A stretch of 64,000 bases of DNA from positions 31,131 to 95,130 of the forward strand of contig CAWHCK010000036.1 of NCBI GenBank assembly GCA_963827585.1, written 5' to 3'. Shown here piece after piece: positions 52,646 to 61,881 of this stretch; position 1 is the stretch's first letter, and each line of letters starts with the position of its first letter. A program made the translations under genes and the position numbers. The notes under the pieces were generated by a model. That model saw only the letters and a program-made list of their open reading frames with translations. It had not been told where the DNA came from and ran no database searches. Origin of the DNA: an uncultured Alphaproteobacteria bacterium. GTDB taxonomy: Bacteria > Pseudomonadota > Alphaproteobacteria > Rhizobiales > Xanthobacteraceae.

Positions 52646-54641
52646 CTGCTCGCTTCGAACCCAAATCCGCTGCGCGCGATCCCGCATCCGATCTCCTCGC
52701 CGCCATCCGCCGCGCCGCGCGCCAGGAGCAATTCCTCGAAGTGGTCTCGGCCGAGGAGGCGCGCGCGCGCTTCACGCGCCGCCTCGATGCTGTCGCCGTT
52801 GCCGGCCGAGACGCGTCGGCTTGGCGACGGCGCTCGGCCGCGTGCTCGCCCACGACGTGGCCGCGCCGATCGACGTGCCGCCGTTCGATCGCGCCAACGT
52901 CGATGGATTTGCGGTGCGCTCCGCCGATACGGCGGGCGCGAGCGACACCGCGCCGCGCCGTTTTCGCCTCAACGGGGAAGTGATCGTCTGCGGGCATGCG
53001 CCGGCGCTCGAAGTCACCGCGGGCTCCGCCACCACGATCGCGACCGGCGGCGTGATCCCGCGCGGCGCCGACGCCGTCGTCATGATCGAGCACACCGAGC
53101 TCATCGACGATGCCCGCGTGCCGGCGATCGATGTGCGCCGCGCTGTCGCTCCCGGGCAGTTCGTGTCCTACGCGGGCTCCGACCTCGCCCGCGGCGAAGT
53201 CGTGCTGCGGCGAAATACCCGCATCTCGTCGCGCGAGATCGGCATGCTGGCGGCCGGCGGCATCGCCGAGATCGAGGTGGTGCGCCGGCCCAAAGTGGCC
53301 GTGCTCTCGACCGGGGATGAGCTGGTGGCGCCGGGACGCGCGCTCGCTCCGGCGCGGGTCTACGACAGCAACGGGGCGATCATCGCGGCGGCGGTGGTGG
53401 AGGCGGGCGGCGAGCCGATCTCCTTCGGCGCATTTCCGGACGATGAGGCGGCGCTCGAGGCGGCCATGCGCCCGGCCCTCGAAACCTGCGACATGGTCGT
53501 GCTCTCCGGCGGCACGTCGAAGGGCGCGGGCGACCTTTCCCACCGCATCGTCTCGAAGCTCGGGGATATCCTCGTCCATGGCGTCGCGCTCAAGCCGGGC
53601 AAGCCGCTCTGCCTGGCGGTGATCGACGGCAAGCCGCTCGCCGTGCTGCCGGGATTTCCCACCTCCGCGATCTTCACCTTCCATGCCTTCGTCGCGCCGG
53701 TGATCCGGGCGCGAGCCGGCCTGCCGCCGGAAGCGGCGCGCAGCATCGAGGCCGACGTGCCGGTGCGCATCGCCTCCGAGCTCGGGCGCAAGGAGTTCGC
53801 GCTCGTTGCGTTGGTGGCGGGTGAGGAGGGGCCGATCGCATTTCCGATCGCCAAGGGCTCGGGCGCGGTGACGAGCTTCTCCCAGGCCGACGGCTTCATC
53901 GAGATCGACGCGCTCGCGGGAGCGCTCGATGCCGGCACCCGCGCGCGCGTGACCTTGATCGGCGAGAGCGCCGCGCTGCCCGACCTCGTGGTCATGGGCA
54001 GCCACTGCGTCGCGCTCGACGTCGTGCTCGGCGCGCTGGCCGAGCGCGCCTTGACCGCGCGCACCATTGCGGTCGGCAGCATGGGCGGGGTGGCGGCAGC
54101 CGAGCGCGGCGAATGCGACCTCGCGCCGGTGCATCTCGTCGATCCCGCGAGCGGCGTCTACAACGCGCACCTGCTGCGGCCTGGCATCGCGCTGGTGAAG
54201 GGCTGGCAGCGCATGCAGGGCTTCGTGCACCGGGCCGATGACCGTCGCTTCGCCGGACGCAGCGCCGCCGACGCGCTCAAAGCTGCGCTCGCGGATCGGA
54301 GCTGCCTGATGGTCAACCGCAATGCCGGCGCCGGCACGCGCGTGCTCATCGACCAGCTGCTCGAGGGGGCACGTCCCGCCGGCTACAGCAATCAGCCGCG
54401 CTCGCACAACGCGGTCGCCGCCGCGGTGGCGCAGGGGCGCGCCGATTGGGGCATCGCGATCGAGTCGGTCGCCCGCCTGTACGGCCTGGGGTTCCTTCCG
54501 ATCGCGCCCGAGGACTACGACTTTCTCCTGGTCGAGAGCCGCCGCGAGCGGCCGGCGGTCGCAGCCTTTCTCGCCGCATTGCGCAACGAGGCGGTGCGCG
54601 AGAAAATCCGCGCGCTCGGCATGCGCCCTGCCGATGCCTGA
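52642..54641 (+). pseudogene. moeA: MoeA fused to a C-terminal PBP-like (putative molybdate/tungstate-binding) domain; N-terminal frame break(s) at 52789-52831
   Basis: MTARFEPKS...FLEVVSAEEARARFTRRLD (ORF 52501 frame) is followed by ALGRVLAHDVAAPIDVPPFDRANVDGFAV... (ORF 52821 frame). The intervening LSPLPAETRRLGD reads best in the third frame. ATGA overlap with the upstream moeA-like gene. Confidence 0.8.
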
Positions 54642-54678
54642 TTTGCCGGTACGCTCCTGACGATGTTCCGCATCCTCG

Positions 54679-55950
54679 TTGCCGTCACTGCTCCTTCTGG
54701 CCGCCGCGCCTGACCTCGCGCAGGCGCAATTGCGCGGCCATGGCGGGCCGGTGCGCGCGCTCGCGATCTCGCCCGACGGCACGCAGGCGATCTCCGGCAG
54801 CTTCGACACGTCGGTGATCCGCTGGTCGCTGCAGAGGAACGCGGCCGAGCAGGTGCTGCGCTTCCATGACGGCGCGGTCAACGCGGCGGTCTTCTTGCCG
54901 GACGGCCGGATCGCGACCAGCGGCGAGGATGCCCGCATCGCGATCTGGCGGCCCGGCGAGGCGCAGCCGTCGATGGTGCTCGAAGGACACAAGGCGCCGG
55001 TGGTCGCGCTGGCCGTATCGCCCGACGGGCGCACGCTCGCGTCCGCGTCCTGGGATCACACCGCGCGGCTGTGGCCGCTCGCCGGCGGCGTGCCGCGGGT
55101 GATCGAGGGCCATGCCCAGAACGTCAACGGCGTCGCGTTCACGCCCGACGGCCGCGCGCTTGTCACCGCGGGCTACGACGCGACGCTTCGCATCTCGCCG
55201 CTCGCCGACGCCGGCGCGCCGATCATCACCACGCTGCCGACGCCGCTCAACACCGTCGCGGTCGCTCCCGACGGCGAGATCGTCACCGCCGGCGCCGACG
55301 GCAAGGTCTATGTCCTCTCGGCCGCGGGCGAGCGCACCGGCGAGATCGAGGCGATGCAGACGCCGCTCATCGCGGTCGCGCTTTCAGGCGACGGCAGGCT
55401 CATCGCCGCCGCCGGCATCCGCGGCTCGGTTGCCATCATCGACCGCGCGTCGCGCAAGCTCGAACGCACGCTGGTCGGGCCGGGGCTGCCGGTATGGTCG
55501 GCTGCGTTCTTCCCGGACGGCCGCACGCTCCTCACCGGCGGCACCGACCGCATGATCCGGCGCTGGGACGCGGTCACCGGCGAGCCGATCGGCAACGTGG
55601 TGATGGGCGCACCCGAAGACCCGCTCGCTCCCTTCGCGGGCGATCCCGGCGCCGAGGTGTTTCGCGCCTGCGTCGCCTGTCACACCTTGAGCGCCGACGA
55701 TGGCGTTCGCGCCGGCCCGACGCTGGCCGGCATTTTCGGGCGCAGGATCGCGACCTTGCCCGGCTACAATTTCTCCGCCGCGCTCAAGCAGCTCGATATC
55801 GTGTGGACGCCGGAGACGGTCTCCAAGCTGTTCGAGGTCGGGCCCATGGCCTACACGCCCGGCACCAAGATGCCGGAGCAGCAGATCGGCTCGGCCGAGG
55901 ACCGCGCGGAGTTGATGAAGTTTCTGGAGAAGGCGACGAAGGCGCAGTGA
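54679..55950 (+). CDS. Periplasmic WD40-repeat protein fused to a C-terminal class I cytochrome c domain
   Basis: Repeated GH..V...A.SPDG units and a C-terminal CVACH heme motif. Leader LLLLAAAPDLAQA. An out-of-frame ATG at 54663 (MFRILVAV) may be the true start if one base is extra near 54688. Confidence 0.75.
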   Translation: MPSLLLLAAAPDLAQAQLRGHGGPVRALAISPDGTQAISGSFDTSVIRWSLQRNAAEQVLRFHDGAVNAAVFLPDGRIATSGEDARIAIWRPGEAQPSMVLEGHKAPVVALAVSPDGRTLASASWDHTARLWPLAGGVPRVIEGHAQNVNGVAFTPDGRALVTAGYDATLRISPLADAGAPIITTLPTPLNTVAVAPDGEIVTAGADGKVYVLSAAGERTGEIEAMQTPLIAVALSGDGRLIAAAGIRGSVAIIDRASRKLERTLVGPGLPVWSAAFFPDGRTLLTGGTDRMIRRWDAVTGEPIGNVVMGAPEDPLAPFAGDPGAEVFRACVACHTLSADDGVRAGPTLAGIFGRRIATLPGYNFSAALKQLDIVWTPETVSKLFEVGPMAYTPGTKMPEQQIGSAEDRAELMKFLEKATKAQ

Positions 55951-55979
55951 GGGCGCGGCCGGGTGACGTCCACGCCATC

Positions 55980-56882
55980 TCATTTCGTCGCGCGGATCAC
56001 CTCGAGCACGGCGTCGGTCACCGCCTCGGGCACTTCCTGCGGCAGGTTGTGGCCGGCGGTCGGGATCACCCGATGCTGATAGGGGCCGGTAAAGAACGCG
56101 GCCTGCTGCAGCGAGCTCTCCGGCCGCGACAGGCCGCTGCCGCTGCCGTGCAGCACGATGGTCGGCACCGAAATGCGCGGCCTTGCCGCGAGCCGCTGCT
56201 CGATCGCCTCCAGCGCCGGGTCGCCGGCGGCATAGCCGAAGCGGTGACGGTAGGAGTGGATCACGACGTCGACGAAGTCCGGATTGTCGAACGAGACGGC
56301 GGTGCGGTCGTAGGTCGTGTCGTCGAACTGCCAGTTCGGCGACCACAGCCGCCACAACAGCTTGCAGAACTCGTGCCGGTTGGCCTGCAGTCCCGCGCGG
56401 CCGCGCTCGGTGTTGAAGTAGTACTGATACCAGAGCCGGTGCTCCTGGTCCGGCGGCGCGGGTTTGGCCGATCCGGCAATGTCCTGGATGTTGTAGCCAT
56501 TGGCCGAGACCAGGCCGCGCACCTCCTGCGGCCACAGCGCGGCGACGATGCAGGCCGCGCGTCCGCCCCAGTCGTAGCCGGCAAGCACGGGGCGCTGCGC
56601 GCCGAGCCCGTCGATGAGCTCCTTGAGGTCGTTGCCGAGCGCCGCCTGCTGGCCCGAGCGCGGCGTGTCGGGCGCAAGGAAACGCGTGGGACCATAGCCG
56701 CGCAGATACGGCACGATCACCCGGCATCCCGCCGCGACCAGCGCCGGAACCATGGCGTCGTAGGTGCGTGGGTCATAGGGAAATCCGTGCATGAGGAACA
56801 CGGGAATGCCGTCGGCGGCGCCGCTCTCCTCGTAGGCGGTCTCGAGCGCGCTGGTGCGGATACTTTTGAGCGCGGGCGGCAT
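55980..56882 (-). CDS. Alpha/beta hydrolase (epoxide hydrolase / haloalkane dehalogenase-like)
   Basis: HGFP oxyanion motif, nucleophile region GYDWGG, C-terminal His in AGHNLPQE. Confidence 0.75.
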   Translation of the reverse strand: MPPALKSIRTSALETAYEESGAADGIPVFLMHGFPYDPRTYDAMVPALVAAGCRVIVPYLRGYGPTRFLAPDTPRSGQQAALGNDLKELIDGLGAQRPVLAGYDWGGRAACIVAALWPQEVRGLVSANGYNIQDIAGSAKPAPPDQEHRLWYQYYFNTERGRAGLQANRHEFCKLLWRLWSPNWQFDDTTYDRTAVSFDNPDFVDVVIHSYRHRFGYAAGDPALEAIEQRLAARPRISVPTIVLHGSGSGLSRPESSLQQAAFFTGPYQHRVIPTAGHNLPQEVPEAVTDAVLEVIRATK

Positions 56883-56892
56883 GCCTGCGGCC

Positions 56893-58927
56893 TCACGTCT
56901 CCGGCTTGCCGGCGCGCTCACGCTCCTCGCGCTCGCGCAGATAGTCCTCGGTGGTGCGGGCCTTGGGCCGCGGCGGGGCGCCGTAGGGATCGAACTGCTG
57001 CTCGGTGATCGCCACGACCCGGCAGTCCTCGCACATTTTTATCACCTCGAGGCGTTGCGCCGAGTTCTGGAACATCCAGTGCTTGCCTTCGAGCTTGGCG
57101 GCGACGCGCTCGATCGTGCTCTTGACGCCGAACGGCTTGTTGCAGCGGATGCAGTGGAACGGCTCCTCCTGCTTGAGCACCCGCGCCGTGGCAGTCGCGG
57201 CGCGGAAATCGAGCTGCGGCTTGAGCGTGATCACCTTCTCCGGGCAGGTCGCCTTGCACAGCCCGCACTGCACGCAGGCGTCTTCCGCGAAGCGCAGCGT
57301 CGGCCGCTCCGGATTGTCGCCGAGCGCGCCGGTCGGGCAGGCGGAGACGCAGGCAAGGCAGAGTGTGCACCCCTCGACGTTGATCTCGACCGCGCCGAAC
57401 GGCGCGCCTTGCGGCAGCGCGACCACGTCGACGGGCGCCGGGGCCGCGCGCTGCAGCTCCCGCAATGCGAGCCGCATCACGTCGCGCTTGTCTCCGACCG
57501 GCAGGAAGCTCGCGGGGCGCGGGCGGATTCTCCGCTCTCGATCGCGCGCAGCGCCTCGCCGAGGGCGTCGGGATCGTCGGTCTCGATCGTCGCCACGCGC
57601 CCGTTGCCGAAGCCGAGCCCAGAAGGATCGGCTCGGCGAGCGCGAGCGTCTTCGCCAGGCCTGCGATGTCATGGCGAGGCTTTGCGCGCAACAGGAAGCG
57701 CACTGCAGAGGCGCCGTAGGCGAAAGCGGCGGCAATGACCTCAAGACCGACCTGAGTGACTTCGTTGACCGCGACCGGCAGGACGTTCGCGGGCAGGCCG
57801 TCGCCGAAGCGGGCAAGCGCGTCGATCAGCGGCACGCCGTGCGCGTCGTCGTGGATGAGGATGAGCGGCCGCCGTCCTCCCGCTTCGCGATACGCGGTCA
57901 GCAGCGCGCGCAGCTTGCGCATCAGGGCATCCGCCGGCGGCAGCGCATAGGCGGCGGCGCCGGTGGGGCAAACGGCGGCGCACTGTCCGCAGCCCGCACA
58001 GACATAGGCGTCGATGGCGACGTGATCGCCGGCGGGCGCGATCGCGCCGGTCGGGCAGAGGTCGAGGCAGCGCGTGCAGCCGACGATGTTCGAGCGCGAA
58101 TGGGCGCAGAGGTCCGCGGTGAAGGCGACGTAGCGTGGCTTGTCGAAGCTGCCCACGAGGTCGCGCGCGCGGAGCACCGCCTTGAGCACGGCTGCCGGGT
58201 CGGCGGGATCGGCACGCAAATAGCCGTCGCGCAGATCGGATGCGGTAAACAGCGGCGCGCCGCCAGAGATGTCGAGCATGAGGTCGCAGCGCGATACCGC
58301 GCCGTCGCGCGGCGCAGCGAAGCTCAATGTGCCGCGCGAGGACGGGGCGGGCTGCGCGTAGCCATCGACCGTGAGCTCGAACGCACCGAGATGGCCCGTG
58401 GCCGAGCGGATCGCCCCTTTCACCACCGGGAAATCGGTCACCCGCGGCGGGGCCACCTCGGCGGGCGGCCTGATCAGCACCGTCACGTCGAGATGATCCT
58501 TGAGCAGATTGCCGGCCTCGATTGCCTGCTCGTCGCCGCCATAGATCAGGATCACGCCTTCGCTGTTGAAGCTGACGAAGGAAATATCCGGCGCGGGCTC
58601 GGCGGCGGCCGCGAGCAGTGCCGCCATTTTGGGTCCCGCCGCGTCGGCGTCCTTCGACCACCCGGCGGTCTCGCGAATGTTGACGTAGCTGATGTCGGCG
58701 CTGCCGGCTTGTGCCAGTTCCGAGAACAGCGGTGCTTCCTGCGTGCAGCCCACGATCAGCGGCGCTTCGCCCGCGGCCGCTGCGCGGAATTTTTCGAGTT
58801 CCGCCCGGCAGAGCTGGCGCGCGGTCAAGACATTGGCGCCGCGACAGCCGCGTTTCACCGCGGCGCCGTCGAGCGGCATCGTGTCCTCGCACGAGCAGAT
58901 CAAGATGTCTGGCGGCCGATCGGCCAT
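56893..58927 (-). pseudogene. Large multi-[4Fe-4S] ferredoxin-domain protein with a C-terminal Cys4 motif; two single-base frame breaks (about 57618-57621 and 57511-57514)
   Basis: CTRCLDLCP...CAGCGQCAAVCP and CTLCLACVSACP...CVQCGLCKATCP motifs, plus CIRC...CEDC. Three frames join as ...AEPILL|GLGFGNGRVATIETDDPDALGEALRAIESGESARAP|ASFLPVGDKRDV... Confidence 0.8.
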
Positions 58928-59008
58928 TTCGTCTCCGAAATCGATCTGGTCTCGCTGTACATCAAGTTATAATCATTACAAACAGCTATCGCGAGTCCGG
59001 GACCCCAC

Positions 59009-59770
59009 ATGCCGCTGGAACACCGCACGCGCCTGCGCACATCGTCGAAGCCCGCGCTCGACCTGCCGCCGCCGTTCCGGCTGGTGACGCTGCGCGAGGT
59101 CGGCGATGCCTTTGCCCATGCCACCGGCGTCGCGGCAGAGGAGGGGGCCGGCACGCTGGTCCATGTGGGGCGCTTCGATCTTGCGGAATTCGCGGTCGTG
59201 CTCGAACCCGAGGAGCCGCTCAGGACCGCGCGGCGCGCCCTCTATGCCGGTCTTACCGCGCTTGCCGACGCGCTCGCGGTGCACGCTCCGCCCGAGCGGC
59301 CGATCAGCTTCGACTGGCCCGACGCGGTGCGCGTCAATGGCGGGCTCGTGGGCGGGGCGCGCCTCGCCTGGCCGAAGGGCGCCAACGAGAGCGAGCCGCC
59401 GGCATGGCTCGTGTTCGGCGCCATGATCCGCACCGTGGCGATGGGTGACGACGAACCGGGCCTGCGTCCGCTCTCGGCGGCGCTCGAGGAGGAGGGCTTC
59501 GACGATCTCGGCTCCGGGGCGCTGGTGGAGAGCTTCGCCCGCCATCTCATGGTCGCGGTCGACACCTGGCAGGAAAAGGGCTTCGGCGAGATCGCGAAGA
59601 ATTATCTCGCCCGGCTCGCGCCCGAGAGCGGCGTGCGCCGCGACATCGGCGAAACCGGCGATCTTCTGGTGCAGCGAATGGGCAAGGCCGCGGCCGAGCC
59701 GCGCTCGCTCGTGCGCTCGCTCGCGCAGCCGTCGTGGCTCGACCCGTCAACCGGAGGTCCGCGCCGGTGA
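59009..59770 (+). CDS. Biotin/lipoate protein ligase (BPL_LplA_LipB)-like protein, apparently degenerate
   Basis: SFDWPDAVRVNGGLVGG aligns with the BirA KWPND..(K)LAGIL region but has Asp in place of Lys. I found no GRGRxGR loop. Confidence 0.55.
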   Translation: MPLEHRTRLRTSSKPALDLPPPFRLVTLREVGDAFAHATGVAAEEGAGTLVHVGRFDLAEFAVVLEPEEPLRTARRALYAGLTALADALAVHAPPERPISFDWPDAVRVNGGLVGGARLAWPKGANESEPPAWLVFGAMIRTVAMGDDEPGLRPLSAALEEEGFDDLGSGALVESFARHLMVAVDTWQEKGFGEIAKNYLARLAPESGVRRDIGETGDLLVQRMGKAAAEPRSLVRSLAQPSWLDPSTGGPRR

Positions 59771-60309
59771 GGCTTCTGCGCACGATCCGGCTCGACCCAT
59801 CGGATACGTTCGTGTTCGAGCGCGCCGCCGAGCCGGGGGAATGGGCGGTGTCGGGCGCCTTCATGTTCGCCGATGCCGATCCCGATGCGCTCGAGGGCAA
59901 GCCGCGCGCGGCCTTCCGCGGCGGGTTCCTGGGCGTGCCGTCGCTCGGCTGGTCGACCCTGGTGCAGATCGTGGAGGCGAGCGAGGACGACCGCGCTGCG
60001 CTCGTCGATATGCTGGCGCGGCAGCTGCAGGCGCGTCTCGGCGCGCCCGATCTTTCGGCCGCGCGCGCCGCGGCCGAAGAGGAGGTCGCGTTCGCGGCCT
60101 CGCTCTGCGAGCATCCTCACGACACGCTCATTGCCGTGCGCCGGACATTCGAGGACGGTGCGATCCGCGAAGCGTTTCGCACGCTGCGGCCGCGCGGCAC
60201 GCGCAAGCCGATGCGGGCGTTCTCGTTCCTGGAAGTGGACGGCGAGGAGGAGCCGGAGGAGACGGTGGATCTTGCTACGCTGGCGCGGAGCGAGCGGAAG
60301 GACGGGTGA
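59767..60309 (+). CDS. Conserved hypothetical protein (I recall this family being labelled DUF6505; name unverified)
   Basis: The GTG start overlaps the upstream stop (GTGA). 180 aa with an acidic C-terminus. Confidence 0.5.
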   Translation: MRLLRTIRLDPSDTFVFERAAEPGEWAVSGAFMFADADPDALEGKPRAAFRGGFLGVPSLGWSTLVQIVEASEDDRAALVDMLARQLQARLGAPDLSAARAAAEEEVAFAASLCEHPHDTLIAVRRTFEDGAIREAFRTLRPRGTRKPMRAFSFLEVDGEEEPEETVDLATLARSERKDG

Positions 60310-60361
60310 TTGCGATGCTGTGGTATAGAGGCGCGGCAGTATCACGTCGAGGCGCGACCGC

Positions 60362-61369
60362 ATGACGGATTTCTGGCTCTCCTGCGGGCATCATCTGCTC
60401 GATCGCGACGAGGGTGGCGGGCTCGTCGTCACCGACGAGTTCCTCAAGGCCTATCTCGCGCGCCCGGAGCTTGCGCCGCCGCCGGACGCCTGCATCGCCG
60501 AGCGCACCTTGCACGCTGCGCTGCTCACCAATCCGCGCCGACCGGTCGCCGCCTCCGAGATCGCGGCGATCGCGGATGCCGACGCGCGCGAGAACTGGAG
60601 CGTAATGACCGCATTTCGCGACCGCCTCGTCGGTCACAAGACCGTAGAGGCCGCCTATCTCGATCTCGTGCGCCGCGGCGTCGGCGCGACGCCGCCGCTG
60701 TTCATGAACCAGCTCGTGCATGTGATCCTGCGCAACCTGCTCGACGGATGCGAGGACGTCTTCGTGCTGCGGGCGGCCGAGCTGTTCTTCCGGGCGCAAC
60801 GCCTGACCGTGCAGGACGGCTCGCTGATCGCGGCCGACGAGGAGACGGTCGCGGGCGCGCACCCGCAGCAGGTCTCCCCGCTCGTCGCCATGCTGGGCTT
60901 GCCGGCCGCCGGCGAGATCGACGTGCTCAACGACGGCAATGCCGAGACCTATTGGGAGCGCAGCGACATGTTCGACATGGCGCTCGATCTCACGGCCGGG
61001 CGGCGCGGGCTCGACGCGCTCGGCAAGGTGATCGGTCAGTGGATCACGCATCTTCTCTCGGTCGAGGTCGAGATCGAGGCGCTGGTCGAGGCCACCGACG
61101 TCAGTCTCATCTGGTATGTCGGGCTCGATGCGGAGGCCACCGCGATCGGGGATGCGCTGTGGAACGACGAAGAGGTCGACCAGGCGGCGCGCGAGCGCAT
61201 CATCGGGCTCTATCGGCTGACCTTCCGCAACGCCGAGGTCGTCCTGGACAAGGCGAAAGGCGAGCCCATCTATCTGATATTGGCGATGACGGAAGACCGG
61301 ATGCTGCGCATGAAGCCGCAAAATCTCGTGACCGGCCTGCCGATTGCGCATCTCGAGGCGGTGTCGTGA
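60362..61369 (+). CDS. Conserved hypothetical protein (I recall DUF6352; name unverified)
   Basis: 335-aa ORF with protein-like composition and no recognisable catalytic motif. Confidence 0.5.
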   Translation: MTDFWLSCGHHLLDRDEGGGLVVTDEFLKAYLARPELAPPPDACIAERTLHAALLTNPRRPVAASEIAAIADADARENWSVMTAFRDRLVGHKTVEAAYLDLVRRGVGATPPLFMNQLVHVILRNLLDGCEDVFVLRAAELFFRAQRLTVQDGSLIAADEETVAGAHPQQVSPLVAMLGLPAAGEIDVLNDGNAETYWERSDMFDMALDLTAGRRGLDALGKVIGQWITHLLSVEVEIEALVEATDVSLIWYVGLDAEATAIGDALWNDEEVDQAARERIIGLYRLTFRNAEVVLDKAKGEPIYLILAMTEDRMLRMKPQNLVTGLPIAHLEAVS

Positions 61370-61881
61370 ACGTGGCGCCCGCCCTTGGGAAGATTACGGT
61401 CGGCATCGTGGTCGAGCGACGCAAGGCGCAGAGCCCGTGGATCGACTTCACCTGGAAGCCGGTCGCGGCGCTCGCCGGCCTGCCCGATGCGTCGCCATGG
61501 ACCATGCTCGCGCAAGACGGCGATGGCGCGACCTTTTATGCAGGCGCCGCCGAGATCGGGCTCTACCGCACCGAGACCACCAACTATCGCGACAACCTCG
61601 CGTCCGGCGCGCCGCGGCTCTGGGTCGCGCTGCGGCCGACCGGCGTCGAGCCGCCGTACGAGATTTTCGCGGTGACGGCCGATCCGGCCGAAGGTGAAGC
61701 CTGGACCGAGTCGGGCGGCGATCTTGTCGACGTGGTGGCGATGCCGGAGGCGGTGCGTACGGTGATCGACGCCTTCGTGGCCGAGCATCATGTCGAGCGG
61801 CCGTTCCACAAGCGCAAGCGTGAAGCCGCGGATCCGGAGGCGCTGGCGCGACGCGGACCGCTGCAGAAAGGGCGCGAATGA
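61366..61881 (+). CDS. DUF3305-like protein
   Basis: GTGA overlap with the upstream gene. Pattern VGIVVERRKAQSPW...W.PVA...LYR.ET..YR.NL.S..P.LWV.LR...FV..HH.E..F.KRKR as I recall for DUF3305. Confidence 0.6.
   Translation: MNVAPALGKITVGIVVERRKAQSPWIDFTWKPVAALAGLPDASPWTMLAQDGDGATFYAGAAEIGLYRTETTNYRDNLASGAPRLWVALRPTGVEPPYEIFAVTADPAEGEAWTESGGDLVDVVAMPEAVRTVIDAFVAEHHVERPFHKRKREAADPEALARRGPLQKGRE

Noticed and set aside
58928-59008. Calling specific -35/-10 promoters in the AT-rich divergent region (TATAAT at 58968-58973).
   Set aside because: No acceptable -35 hexamer lies at 16-18 bp spacing on either strand. I only note that the region is AT-rich and likely holds the divergent promoters.
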